Source: an uncultured Nitrospira sp. (GTDB lineage: Bacteria; Nitrospirota; Thermodesulfovibrionia; Thermodesulfovibrionales; UBA6898). Taken from it: DNA of 64,000 nt. Below are positions 11,865-21,662 of the stretch, piece by piece (positions within the stretch are counted from its first letter, which is position 1; every line of letters starts with the position of its first letter). The stretch covers positions 3,058 to 67,057 of the forward strand of contig CAWEYN010000004.1 of assembly GCA_963813295.1 (NCBI GenBank), read 5' to 3'. The position numbers were made by a program, and so were the translations under genes. The notes under the pieces were generated by a model that saw only the letters and a program-made list of their open reading frames with translations, did not search any database and had not been told where the DNA came from.

Positions 11865-14800
11865 ATATTTCCCATCTCTTTATAAAACGGCCGATCATGA
11901 CCAGCCTGGTCATGATGGCGGTGATGATCTTTGGAGTATTTGCCTACAGGATACTTCCGGTGAATGATCTGCCGAATATCGATTTCCCTTCGATTCAGGT
12001 CAGTGCCAATCTCCCCGGCGCAAGCCCGGAGACTATGGCCAGTGCGGTGGCAACTCCGCTTGAGCGGCAGTTTTCGACCATAGCAGGCCTTGATTCCATG
12101 ACGTCTACCAACGGACAGGGGATATCTATCATCACCCTGAAGTTCACCCTGGAGCGCAACATCGACGCTGCTGCACAGGACGTGCAGGCGGCCATTTCAA
12201 AGGCCGCCAAACAGCTCCCCCAGGATATGCCGAACCCGCCTTCCTACCAGAAGGTAAACCCTGCAGACCAGCCGGTCCTCTACCTTGCACTGAGTTCCCA
12301 GACCCTTCCGCTTTCGCAGGTCAACGAATACGCAGACACCATTATCTCCCCCCGCATCTCGATGATCAACGGCGTGGCGCAGGTGCTGGTATATGGGTCA
12401 CAGAAATATGCGGTGCGCGTGCAGCTTGACCCGCTTGCCCTTGCCACCAGGAAGATCGGCACTGATGAAGTGATGGCGGCCCTGGCCCGATCAAACGTGA
12501 ACCTCCCTACCGGTGACCTCCAGGGTAACCGGCAGGCCTTCACCATCCAGGCGACCGGCCAGCTCTATAATGCTGCGGCCTTCAGGCCGATGGTTGTTGC
12601 CTACCGTGAGAATTCGCCGGTACGGCTGCAGGACATCGCCCAGGTAACAGACAGCGTGGAAAATGACAAGGTCGCTGCCTGGTACAACTCAGGAGGCAAG
12701 TCTACAAGGGCCATTGTTCTGGCCATTCAGCGGCAGCCCGGAACAAACACCATCGAGGTGGTCGACAGGATCAAGGACCAGATCCCGGACTTCCGCAATC
12801 AGCTGCCCGGCGCCGTTGAACTCAATACCCTTTTTGACCGCACGGAAACGATCAGAGATTCGGTGCATGATGTGAAGTTCACCCTGGTGCTTACCATCGC
12901 GCTGGTTATTCTGGTGATCTTTCTCTTTCTGCGGAATATGTCTGCAACGATCATCCCGAGTCTTGCGCTGCCGCTTTCGATCATCGGTACATTTGCAGCG
13001 ATGTATGGCCTTGGTTTTTCGGTCAACAACATTACCCTGATGGCACTGACCCTGTCGGTCGGCTTTGTAGTTGACGACGCCATCGTCATGCTTGAAAATA
13101 TCGTCCGCCATATGGAGCACGGTGAGAAACCCATGGATGCCGCCCTTCTGGGCTCCAAAGAGATAGGGTTTACGATCATTTCAATGACCCTATCCCTCGT
13201 GGCGGTCTTTATACCTGTTCTCTTTATGGCCGGGATGCTGGGCCGGATGCTTCACGAGTTCGCGGTGACGATAACCGTGGCGATACTCATCTCAGGACTG
13301 GTTTCCCTGACACTCACCCCCATGCTCTCAAGCAGATTTCTGAGGCCGCCCGGCGAAGAACGGCACGGACGTTTGTATAACTTCATGGAGCGGTTCTTTG
13401 ACGGCATGCGCAATCTCTATGAGCGTACCCTGACGCGGGTGCTCCACTTCCGTCGCACGGTCCTGGCAGTGACCTTTGTAATGACGGTGGCGACTGTCTG
13501 GCTCTTTGCCCATATGCCTATGGGCCTGCTTCCTTCTGATGACATCGGAGCAATTTTTGCCATCACTGAAGGAGCACAAGGGGTCTCCTTTGATGATATG
13601 AAACAGCATCAGCAGAAACTGGCGGATATTGTTTTGCAGGACCCTAATGTTGAGGCCTTTATGTCTGCGGTCAGGCGCAGGAGGCGCGCGGGTGGCATCA
13701 AACGGCGGCTTTATGTTCATGAAGCTCAAGCCCCGCAAGGAGCGGAAGCTGAACGCTGACCAGATCATCCAGGCGCTCAGACCGAAGGTGATGGGGGTGC
13801 CCGGCATTATGATGTTCATGCAGAACCCGCCTCCCATCCGGCTGGAGGCGACCCTTTCGAAGGCCCAGTACCAGTTTGTGCTGCAGAGCCCTGACACAGA
13901 GGACCTCTATACCAACGCCGCTGCGTTTGAGGCAAAGCTGCGGGGACTGCCGATGATCCAGGACGTGACGAGCGACCTGCAGATCAAGAACCCCCAGGTC
14001 AACCTGGAGATCAACCGGGACAGGGCCGCGGCCCTCGGCATTTCCGCTGCGCAGATCGAAGACACCCTCTATTCAGCTTACGGCGCCCGGCAGGTCTCGA
14101 CCATATACTCTCCCAGCAACCAATACCAGGTGCTCATGGAAGTCGCCCCCCAGTACCAGATGGACCCTGCGGCACTTGGCATGCTTTACGTCCGCTCCAA
14201 CACCGGGCAGCTGGCGCCGCTGTATTCTTTGGCGACGCTTCAGAAAGGGCTGGGGCCCCTGTCTGTCAACCACCTGGGCCAGATCACCGCAGTCACTATA
14301 TCGTTTAACCTTAAACCCGGCACTCCTCTGGGTGACGCGGTGGCTGCTGTCGAAAAGGAGGCGAGGGCGCTGCCTGCCACCATCACCACCGGATTTCAGG
14401 GCACAGCGCAGGTCTATCAGGCCTCTACAAAAGGTTTGGCAGCACTTCTGATTCTGGCCATTGTGGTTATCTATATCGTGCTTGGTATCCTGTATGAAAG
14501 TTACATCCATCCCCTCACTATACTTTCCGGTCTTCCGGCTGCAGGCTTCGGGGCGCTGATCACCCTGCTTCTCTTTGGCAAGGACCTGAACCTCTACGCC
14601 TTTGTCGGTATCATCATGCTCGTGGGAATAGTAAAAAAGAACGCCATCATGATGATAGATTTTGCCCTGGAGGCCCAGCGCAAGGAGGGGAAAGTCGCCG
14701 CTGGATGCGATATTCGAAGGCGCGCTTGTCCGTTTCAGGCCGATTATGATGACTACCATGGCAGCGCTTATGGGCACACTGCCGATAGCCATAGGATTCG

Positions 14801-14970
14801 GAGCAGGCGCGGATTCACGCCGTTCTCTCGGACTTGCGGTTGTCGGCGGCCTGCTTGTCTCACAGCTCCTGACACTTTATATTACACCTGTTGTTTACTA
14901 CTATATGGACAGGATCCAGCAGATCGCGGTGCAGCGCTTCCATATCGGCCTGAACCGCAGCAGAAAATAA
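11861..14970 (+). CDS. RND (AcrB/HAE1-type) efflux permease, operon 2; two apparent frameshifts (about 13672 and 14692)
   Basis: ORF 11861..13759 (MNISHLFIKRPIMTSLVMMAV), ORF 13629..15008 and ORF 14662..14970 join as DPNVEAFMSAV|GAGGARVASNGGFMFMKLKPRKER and ALEAQRKEGK|SPLDAIFEGALVRFRPIMMTTMAALMGTLP. The ATGA start overlaps the adaptor stop. Confidence 0.9.
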
Positions 14971-15082
14971 GGGGTACAAGCACAGGAAGAATTCGGGTAC
15001 AATACTGAGAAGAATATTCAGTTATCCCCTTAATCAGGGTTTTCAATATTAAACATTCAGAAGCTTTGGAGGATTCTATATC

Positions 15083-16404
15083 ATGAAAAGACTTTGTTTT
15101 TTTCTCGCTGTACTCATCATTGTTTTTCCTGTTGTTGTCAGGGCTGAAGAAATTATTCAGAAGGACGAGGTCCTTACCCTCCAGCGGTGTGTGGAGATCG
15201 CCCTGAAGAGGCAGCCCAGCATCGTGGCTGCACAGGGAAATGTAGATGTTTTTTACGCCAGAAAAGGCCAGGCAGAGGCAGGATATTATCCCCTTGTGGA
15301 TGCATCGGCAGGGTATTCACGGTTCAAACCTTCGACGATTTCAACCGGCACCGGTACAGTATCGGGGTTTAGGCAGGATTACGTCCACACACTCCTTTGA
15401 TCAGTATGCAACAGGCATAAACGCATCCCAGACGATCTTTGACTTCTGGAAGACAGCGCACCCAGGTTGAATATCCAGCAGTTCAGTGCAGATTCGGCAA
15501 AGGCGGACCTCAGCTGAACACCGAAGACCTGGTCGTCCTGAATGTCAAACAGGCCTATTATCAGGTGCTCAAGACAAAGCGGAACCTGGTGGTCGCCGGC
15601 GAGACAGTCAAACAGTTTCAGCAGCATCTGGAGCAGGCAAAGGCCTTCTACGAGGTCGGGACCAAACCGAAGTTTGACGTGACAAAGGCTGAGGTCGATC
15701 TTGGCAACGCACAGCTTGAACCTTATCAGTGTCACGTAACAGTCTGAAGATGGCGATGGTCATACTCAATAATGCACTCGGCGTACCTGAGGCCCCTGAA
15801 TATCAGATTGAGGACAACCTTTCCTTTTCTCAATACAGCATCGGGCTTCAGGAGGCTGTTGACAAGGCCTATGAAAACAGGCCTGAACTGAAGATCAATC
15901 GCCTTGAAAATGAAGGCGACCGAGGAGTCGGTGAGCCTCGCAAAAAAGGGCTATTTCCCTGTGCTGACCGGCAACGCCTCCTATTCATGGGCCGGAGAGA
16001 AGTTCTCCGTGGAAGACGGCGGCTGGAGCGCAGGCGTTGCACTTTCGATTCCGATATTCAGCGGTTTTTCGACCAAACACCAGATATCCGAGGCAAAGGC
16101 CAACCTGCTTGTGCTGACCGCAAATGAAGAGACGCAGCGGCAGAGCGTCTTACTGGATGTGCAGCAGGCGTTTCTGAACCTTACCGAGGCGGGCGAACGG
16201 ATCACTGTGGCTGAGCTGACTGCCAAGCAGGCGCAGGAGAACTTTGATATCGCCAACGGCAGATATGCGGCCGGTGTTGGCAACCCTATCGAGGTCACAG
16301 ATGCTGACGTTGCCCTGAGCAACGCAAAGACAGCGCATAACCAGGCCCTCTACGATTATAAGGTCGCCCGCGCAAGCCTTGAAAAGGCGATGGGTGTCAG
16401 GTAA
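15083..16404 (+). pseudogene. TolC-like outer-membrane efflux factor, operon 2, broken into at least 5-6 frame segments
   Basis: Signal peptide MKRLCFFLAVLIIVFPVVVRA. Conserved OMF segments are spread over ORFs 15083..15400, 15246..15470, 15439..15747, 15729..16127, 15904..16404 and one unlisted frame (LNIQQFSADSAKADLS). Junctions lie near 15370, 15458, 15525, 15725 and 15895. At least two of them look like 1-nt deletions. Confidence 0.8.
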
Positions 16405-16552
16405 TAGAGCGAAAAGTAAATAGTGAATGTGAATGACAGATCCTTGGAATACTCACAACTGAATAGCCTCAAAACAAGTGCAGGTTAATATCGGAATCAA
16501 CGACTGGGATAACACTGATTTTAACTAATCAAATAGTAACATAACAAGTAAC

Positions 16553-16960
16553 ATGGCCTTCATGAAGCAGAATTATAAAAACACTCCATTTTGCGTATGT
16601 TTGTCTCCTGCTCCTGTCCGGCTGCGCCGGTGTTCTAATCGCAGGTGCAAGCGGTGGAGTTGCATATAGCGTTACAAATATCGCTTATAAAACTATTCCA
16701 CGTCCGATTGACCAGGTTGACTTAGCGAACCGTCTCGCACTCATGAAAATGGGAATCAAATATGTTGAAGTAATAAAAACAGAAAATCGAGCAAGAATTT
16801 TCGCAAAAACCTCTGAATTAAAAATTTATATCGACCTCAACAAGATTAGCCGAAATCCACAAAGATAAGTGTGGATGCAAAAAAGAACTTTTTAGTGAAG
16901 GATAAATCAACGGCAGAAGCCATAATAGATGAAACTGAAGCCATGCTTGCGAAGGATTGA
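16553..16960 (+). pseudogene. Small lipoprotein (DUF3568-like by recollection), interrupted by two frame changes
   Basis: MAFMKQNYKNT, then another frame reads LHFAYVCLLLLSGCAGVLIAGASGGVAYSVTNIAYKTIPRPIDQVDLANRLALMKMGIKYVEVIKTENRARIFAKTSELKIYIDLNKIS. A third frame reads TKISVDAKKNFLVKDKSTAEAIIDETEAMLAKD*. The pieces are below the 60-aa cutoff, so they are absent from the ORF track. Confidence 0.45.
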
Positions 16961-17810
16961 AGTGCGAAAAACATCGTCTTTTCATAGCAGCGTTTTTCTT
17001 AGGTATTGTCGAGATTTCAGGACTCTCGCATCTTTTGTCATAAGGTTCTCGGCGCAATGCCGTAGTACGAGAACGAACCTCAATGTCGATACTTAGCGGC
17101 TTCGGCCTTGTCCGCGGGATCACCAAACTCATAGATTGGGTGAGTTTTATTCTTAAGACAAGTGGAGCCGGTGAATTCAAGGTATTGATAATATTTTCCC
17201 AGTCATGCTTAATCACTATATGCCGTTTTTGGAGGACTTGCTGTTGAACCAATCCTAGGGCTTCCCATACAGCTTTTCAGGGCAGTCTGTGCGTTAACCA
17301 TTGCCGTTTGTACTCTTTTGCTATCCTCAAAGTCCTAAAGGTATCTAAATAGTGGATTTTTAGAGGGGGCAGAGTTTAAAAGCCCTCACCTGCTTACTCC
17401 CCATTTCCTTCGGAAATCAGCAATAGTTTAGAACCACCTTAACTATCAAGTTGTCGGTATTTTTTGCATCCTGCCTACGAGCATATTTCTTCCGGCATCC
17501 CTCACATTTACATCTTTTTTAAGAACGTTGGTTTGGAGGTGAAGCCGAGCCCGCTTGTTGCCCCTTGGACTTGACACTTTAAACGGTCAAAGGAATAGGC
17601 TCAATTTCTTCCTGTACCCGCCTGCAATCGTCTAGTCAGAGCTGAAGGGTTCAATCATGGATAGTCAGGATAATGGCTGACATCTCAACTTCTAAAGGAA
17701 CTAAACTAACTTAGACGGAACAGAGTTCGGCTTGACAAGTCTAATTACCACAAATAACGTTGACGGACATTATGCTGACCGCTAATCGGATGAGCGGCAG
17801 CAAATCAAAA

Positions 17811-17833
17811 GGGCCGGGAATATTTCCCGGCCC
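17811..17833 (-). terminator. Rho-independent terminator downstream of the 17906..18226 gene
   Basis: On the minus strand, GGGCCGGGA-aatat-TCCCGGCCC is followed by CTTTTGATTT. It lies 73 nt after the stop codon. Confidence 0.55.
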
Positions 17834-17905
17834 CCCTGAATCTTTACTGGATCGCTATTTCAATTTTTGGAGATAACCTTCAGGCCATCTCTACCCTATA
17901 CCAAT

Positions 17906-18226
17906 TTAGTCTTTTGATTCAATACGTATTGCGCCGTCTGCTTCGAGGGCAGACTGCACGTCCGGGACAAACCTGAATACCTTCGTGCGTCTAGACGATA
18001 GATCACGGAAGACCATCCAAGACAGGCCGCCTATGGCTGCGCTTATAAAAAGCATACCGAATGAAACGTAGGCCGCCATAAGATTGGCAGTATACGGTGC
18101 ATAAAGATCCTTCATCAATCCCGGTAATACACCAACAGCGATTAAACCAAGAGTTGGCAGCACTGCTGGTCTCCAGTCTGTCCCTGCCTTGACTACCTCC
18201 CCGACTAATTTCTCATCCTTTACCAT
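17906..18226 (-). CDS. Hypothetical small membrane protein (106 aa, two predicted TM helices)
   Basis: Intact ORF with upstream AAGGA. Hydrophobic stretches are PAVLPTLGLIAVGVLPGL and LMAAYVSFGMLFISAAIGGLSWMV. It is followed by a terminator. No recognisable family. Confidence 0.55.
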   Translation of the reverse strand: MVKDEKLVGEVVKAGTDWRPAVLPTLGLIAVGVLPGLMKDLYAPYTANLMAAYVSFGMLFISAAIGGLSWMVFRDLSSRRTKVFRFVPDVQSALEADGAIRIESKD

Positions 18227-18843
18227 ACTCTTTATCCTTTCCGGGCCTTAGCCCTTTTAATTTAGGCCTATAAGCATTACTAATTAACTTATAAGCTATT
18301 TACAATAAGTATATCTTATTAGTTTATAAGTACCTTGTCAAGTTTTAATTTTAGGTTTGCCCATAATCGAGGAATCAGCCTCTATTTCTCTATAAATATT
18401 TTTTCAGAGACGTATAACTGAGTCTTTGTCTGTGTTCACTATCAGATGCTCGGAGCCCCTCATCAGCTGATGGATAGTTTTCTGTTTCGACTTCCTGAGT
18501 AATTCTATATGTGAGGGCCTCAAGAGTATTGAACCTGAGAAGGGCTTTACCTTCGCCTTCTGTGAGTGCTTCAATGGCGTCTGAGATGTTGTGGTCTTTG
18601 AGGAGCTGAGTGATTTATTTTTCACTGAATCTCTACTTTATAAGGTTGATAGTTGCGGACTTTATAATGACTGATTCAGAATACCGATCAGCAAGAATCT
18701 CCATCAAGAAAATCACTCGACTCGCCCTGCTTGGGCGGTGCATATTAAAGTATCTTGGGGATAAAGGAGAGCTCCAGCTGGTTTTCTATGATATGTCGAA
18801 ATCGACTCGAAGAAGCCTGTATGATGTATTTGCTATAAATGCC

Positions 18844-18926
18844 TTTATGGGAACCTTATGGAACTATTTCAGGGGTAAAGTTATTGATATTAAAGAAACA
18901 AATGGCGGAGAGAGGGATTTGAAACG
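18844..18926. repeat. Direct repeat copy 1: ~58 nt of the tRNA-Ser 3' flank plus a degenerate tRNA-Ser 3' end fragment (att-like)
   Basis: tttatggga-acc-ttatggaactatttcaggggtaaagttattgatattaaagaaacaaatggcggagagagggatttgaaacg matches 21261-21345. Differences are a 3-nt block, a 2-nt gap in the GA run, and decay beyond ggatt. Confidence 0.85.
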
Positions 18927-19199
18927 TGTCTTTTTAGTTGTAAAGCATTAAAAAACAGATAGTTACAAATTAAAAAGGTGTCACCAGAGTGTCGATTGAT
19001 CGGGTCAAAAAGCAAATAACGGAATTCTTCACAAAGACAAGTAAAAAAGGTAGTTCTCTTTTGTCTTCCTTTAATCCTCACTCGTGCTATACTGATTTAT
19101 TACAACCAGCAATAAATATCAATGAAGGAAATGCCTTGGTACGGGACTACAGTGGACTGAAGAGAGAATAATCCAGAAGGGATTTGAATCCTCATCAAA

Positions 19200-19763
19200 A
19201 TGCTGAAATTAATACGGAATAAGCTTAGGAGGATGAATAAGGCCTCAGAGACCTTAGAGAAATATTGGGAGTTGAAATATAAATACCTCGAATCCCGATA
19301 TGAAGCTTTAAAAGACCAAAAGTCCAATCAGCAAGAAAAGAAAAATATACGGGAATCTGAGTACGAAAGCCTTAAAAGGGAAATGCAGGATTTACGGTCT
19401 GCTTTCTATGAAAAGATAGAAGAGAATCTCTTGCTCAGGGATAATCTTGCGTCACTTAACTCCCTTATTGTAACAAAGGAAGCCGAGAAGGAAATTATCT
19501 CTGCACAGCTCAAGGATGCTGAGTCGCTGCGGGAGTCCTATGATGCTCTCGCTGGTGCGATGCTGGAAGAGGCACTCTTGAGAGAAGAAGAGATTAGGGC
19601 TAAATTTAAAAACGCTCTCAGACTCAAGGATGTGAGTATTGCAATCTTGAAAGAGCGCCATGCATCTGAGACTCAAAGGCATAACACTGAAAAAGAAAAG
19701 GTCGTATCGGACTCGGCCGACTCGCTGATGGAAGCTGAAGGTAGCAATATAATTAATTCGTAA
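19200..19763 (+). CDS. Hypothetical coiled-coil protein (187 aa)
   Basis: Intact ORF, strongly charged, with heptad-like sequence (KYWELKYKYLESRYEALKDQK, LRESYDALAGAMLEEALLREEEIRAKF). No catalytic motif recognised. Confidence 0.45.
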   Translation: MLKLIRNKLRRMNKASETLEKYWELKYKYLESRYEALKDQKSNQQEKKNIRESEYESLKREMQDLRSAFYEKIEENLLLRDNLASLNSLIVTKEAEKEIISAQLKDAESLRESYDALAGAMLEEALLREEEIRAKFKNALRLKDVSIAILKERHASETQRHNTEKEKVVSDSADSLMEAEGSNIINS

Positions 19764-19894
19764 TAATTATTGAACGGCGAATTGGCGTCAAGAATCTTTT
19801 CCCCTATTCGGTAGCATTTATTGCGACTCAATTTGACCCGATTATTCTAATTACGGAACTTATGCAGTCAGACGAGGGATTAAGAAACAGCCTG

Positions 19895-20542
19895 TTATAT
19901 GGCCGAAAGCATGAGGATGAATCCTCTGAGCCTTTCGGCCTGGGCATCATCCATGGCTGTAAACTCAAAGCCGATATGATATTTTTTTTCTGATTCAGAC
20001 TTCACGGGTCTGCAGGAAGTCCCCTTTGCTAGGCATTTGATAGGTTTTTGGTTGTCAGGCAGGAAAATTCTTAAGATTATCTCGGTCCCTGGCTTCAGCG
20101 GATTCAATGATTCGGCGAACAACCCCCCGCAGCTGAGGGTTAATACTGTAAACGCTTCGACATAGCTCAGGCGCACAGTCGTGTCTGACGCATTGACACG
20201 GACCGTCCGGACATCATCGCAGTTGTTGCCGCAGACGCGTGTCATGAGATCCTGAATTTCGTCATCAAACCGTATCCCCGCAAAAAAGAACGCATCCGCC
20301 TGTCCGAGTGGATTGGCGACCCATCCTGCAAAACGCTCCCATACCGACGTCCCGTGAAGGATCACGGGCGAACCGTTGTTGCCGACCGTAACTGTGCACG
20401 GGCTCCCTGGCCTCAGCCGTTTCGGAGCCTTCAGGCCGATTCCACATTTGCCCAGATCAGTCAGTTGTGCGCTTGTTTCGGTCATCATCTCGACACGGAT
20501 TTCATCTCCCCTCAGGGGAATTCTCTTATATTGCCTTCGCAT
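19895..20542 (-). CDS. Protein with two degenerate PilZ-like domains
   Basis: N-terminal RRQYKRIPLRG followed by DLGKCGIG. A second module has LSCGGLFAES. This is the beta-barrel-like pattern of PilZ c-di-GMP receptors, but the motifs are imperfect. Confidence 0.5.
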   Translation of the reverse strand: MRRQYKRIPLRGDEIRVEMMTETSAQLTDLGKCGIGLKAPKRLRPGSPCTVTVGNNGSPVILHGTSVWERFAGWVANPLGQADAFFFAGIRFDDEIQDLMTRVCGNNCDDVRTVRVNASDTTVRLSYVEAFTVLTLSCGGLFAESLNPLKPGTEIILRIFLPDNQKPIKCLAKGTSCRPVKSESEKKYHIGFEFTAMDDAQAERLRGFILMLSAI

Positions 20543-20780
20543 GTTCAGTAAAAGACTGCCTTTCGGTTGAGGGTATTCCTGACAGTGCCTTTCCCGAATG
20601 GCATGTGGGTCTTTGTCCCACTTTTGCTGCGAAAAAAATTCCTCCAGACCATTCTCCCATCATGATAAAAATAGGATACTCCAAAAGATTCCAGAGTTCA
20701 ATGGAAAAACGGAAGATTATAACTCTTTCGGACAGAGTTATGACTAACGCTTATGCAGCATTCGGAAGGCGAAGCGCAGA

Positions 20781-21059
20781 CTATTCAATAAACATTAGTC
20801 CTATCTTGTAGAGATCCGCTGCATCTTTCTTAGCCCATTTTACCGCTGCCCACAAATATGACACGGGAAGTGAACTCCTGATTTCTATAATTTCACCTTC
20901 GCTGTGGTTGGCGTCTGAATAGATACACATTCCAGAATCACTTATATTAGTAATTATACCAATCTGTATGCCGGAGACATCAAGTGGGCCACGGTACGCA
21001 AAAGGGGTGATAGATTTTTTCCGCTGATGTCTCCTTTTGTCTCCACTAAGGGGCAACAT
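20781..21059 (-). CDS. Single-domain PilZ protein (92 aa)
   Basis: Canonical PilZ motifs: RRHQR (RxxxR), then NISDSGMC (N/DxSxxG) 25 residues later. A small hairpin (ataactct-N7-agagttat, about 20718-20740) follows the stop. Confidence 0.7.
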   Translation of the reverse strand: MLPLSGDKRRHQRKKSITPFAYRGPLDVSGIQIGIITNISDSGMCIYSDANHSEGEIIEIRSSLPVSYLWAAVKWAKKDAADLYKIGLMFIE

Positions 21060-21260
21060 AATGTCTCTTCGCTTATTATATCACGGTAGAAGGCTGAGCA
21101 TTTCAGAAAGATCTTTCTGCGTGACATGCCAATTGTCAAGGCGAAACTGCAGCTTGTCTCTAGGTAGGCATGAATCTAACCTTGAGACAGTTGCGCCTTC
21201 TGAGGCCTCTGGTTGTCGGTGTTCTTCGCCCCCTGTCAAAGGGGACTTCTCACTGTAGTG

Positions 21261-21345
21261 TTTATGGGAGGTTTATGGAACTATTTCAGGGGTAAAGTTA
21301 TTGATATTAAAGAAACAAATGGCGGAGAGAGAGGGATTCGAACCC
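21261..21345. repeat. Direct repeat copy 2: tRNA-Ser 3' flank plus the 3' end of the intact tRNA-Ser
   Basis: Matches 18844-18926 (see copy 1). Positions 21320-21345 are the genuine acceptor/T-arm 3' portion of the tRNA. Confidence 0.85.
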
Positions 21346-21409
21346 TCGGTGAGTTTAACCCCACACACGCTTTCCAGGCGTGCGCCTTCAGCCGCTCGGC
21401 CATCTCTCC
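21320..21409 (-). tRNA. tRNA-Ser (anticodon GGA), class II with a long variable arm and encoded CCA
   Basis: The minus strand reads GGAGAGATGGCCGAGCGGCTGAAGGCGCACGCCTGGAAAGCGTGTGTGGGGTTAAACTCACCGAGGGTTCGAATCCCTCTCTCTCCGCCA. Acceptor stem is GGAGAGA/TCTCTCC. Anticodon stem is CACGC/GCGTG with loop CTGGAAA. T arm is GAGGG-TTCGAAT-CCCTC. Confidence 0.95.
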
Positions 21410-21662
21410 ATAGAAAAGGAAATAAAAGTTTAACTGATAAAACAGTATTAAATCAACTTGCCAAGACAATGTATTTGCCCGGCAAAAACAGTTAGTTTCG
21501 TAAATGGCTGGCAAGTGATATTCACCGTGGTCTTGCCCCGGCGTTAGCGCCAGAAGTAGGTGCCATAAGCAAGCGAATATAATTAAAAACTGCCAGGACA
21601 TTCTGCTGCTTGCAGGCGTGGCGATTATTCCAGCAGCGTCATGACAAAGATGATGCAGATAG

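Larger units (their letters stand above)
18927..21260. mobile_element. Putative 2.3-kb integrated islet or remnant bracketed by the tRNA-Ser-derived direct repeats; no integrase present
   Basis: Bounded by repeats 18844-18926 and 21261-21345. The right-hand repeat is contiguous with the intact tRNA-Ser. The cargo is one coiled-coil ORF and two PilZ-domain ORFs. The segment looks more AT-rich than the flanks. Confidence 0.4.

Noticed and set aside
16961-17905. The ORF-free 950 nt could be a large structured ncRNA, a group II intron remnant or an integrase pseudogene.
   Set aside because: I found no domain V-like motif, no tRNA-like or tmRNA ends, and only a 13-residue vague integrase-like string. 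It is kept only as part of the decayed-region finding, not as a feature.
18610-18951. ORFs 18610..18951 and 21213..21413 share the peptide LWNYFRGKVIDIKETNGGER and might be a duplicated small gene.
   Set aside because: The shared part is simply the translation of the tRNA-Ser flank/att-like direct repeat. The second ORF runs antisense through the tRNA itself.
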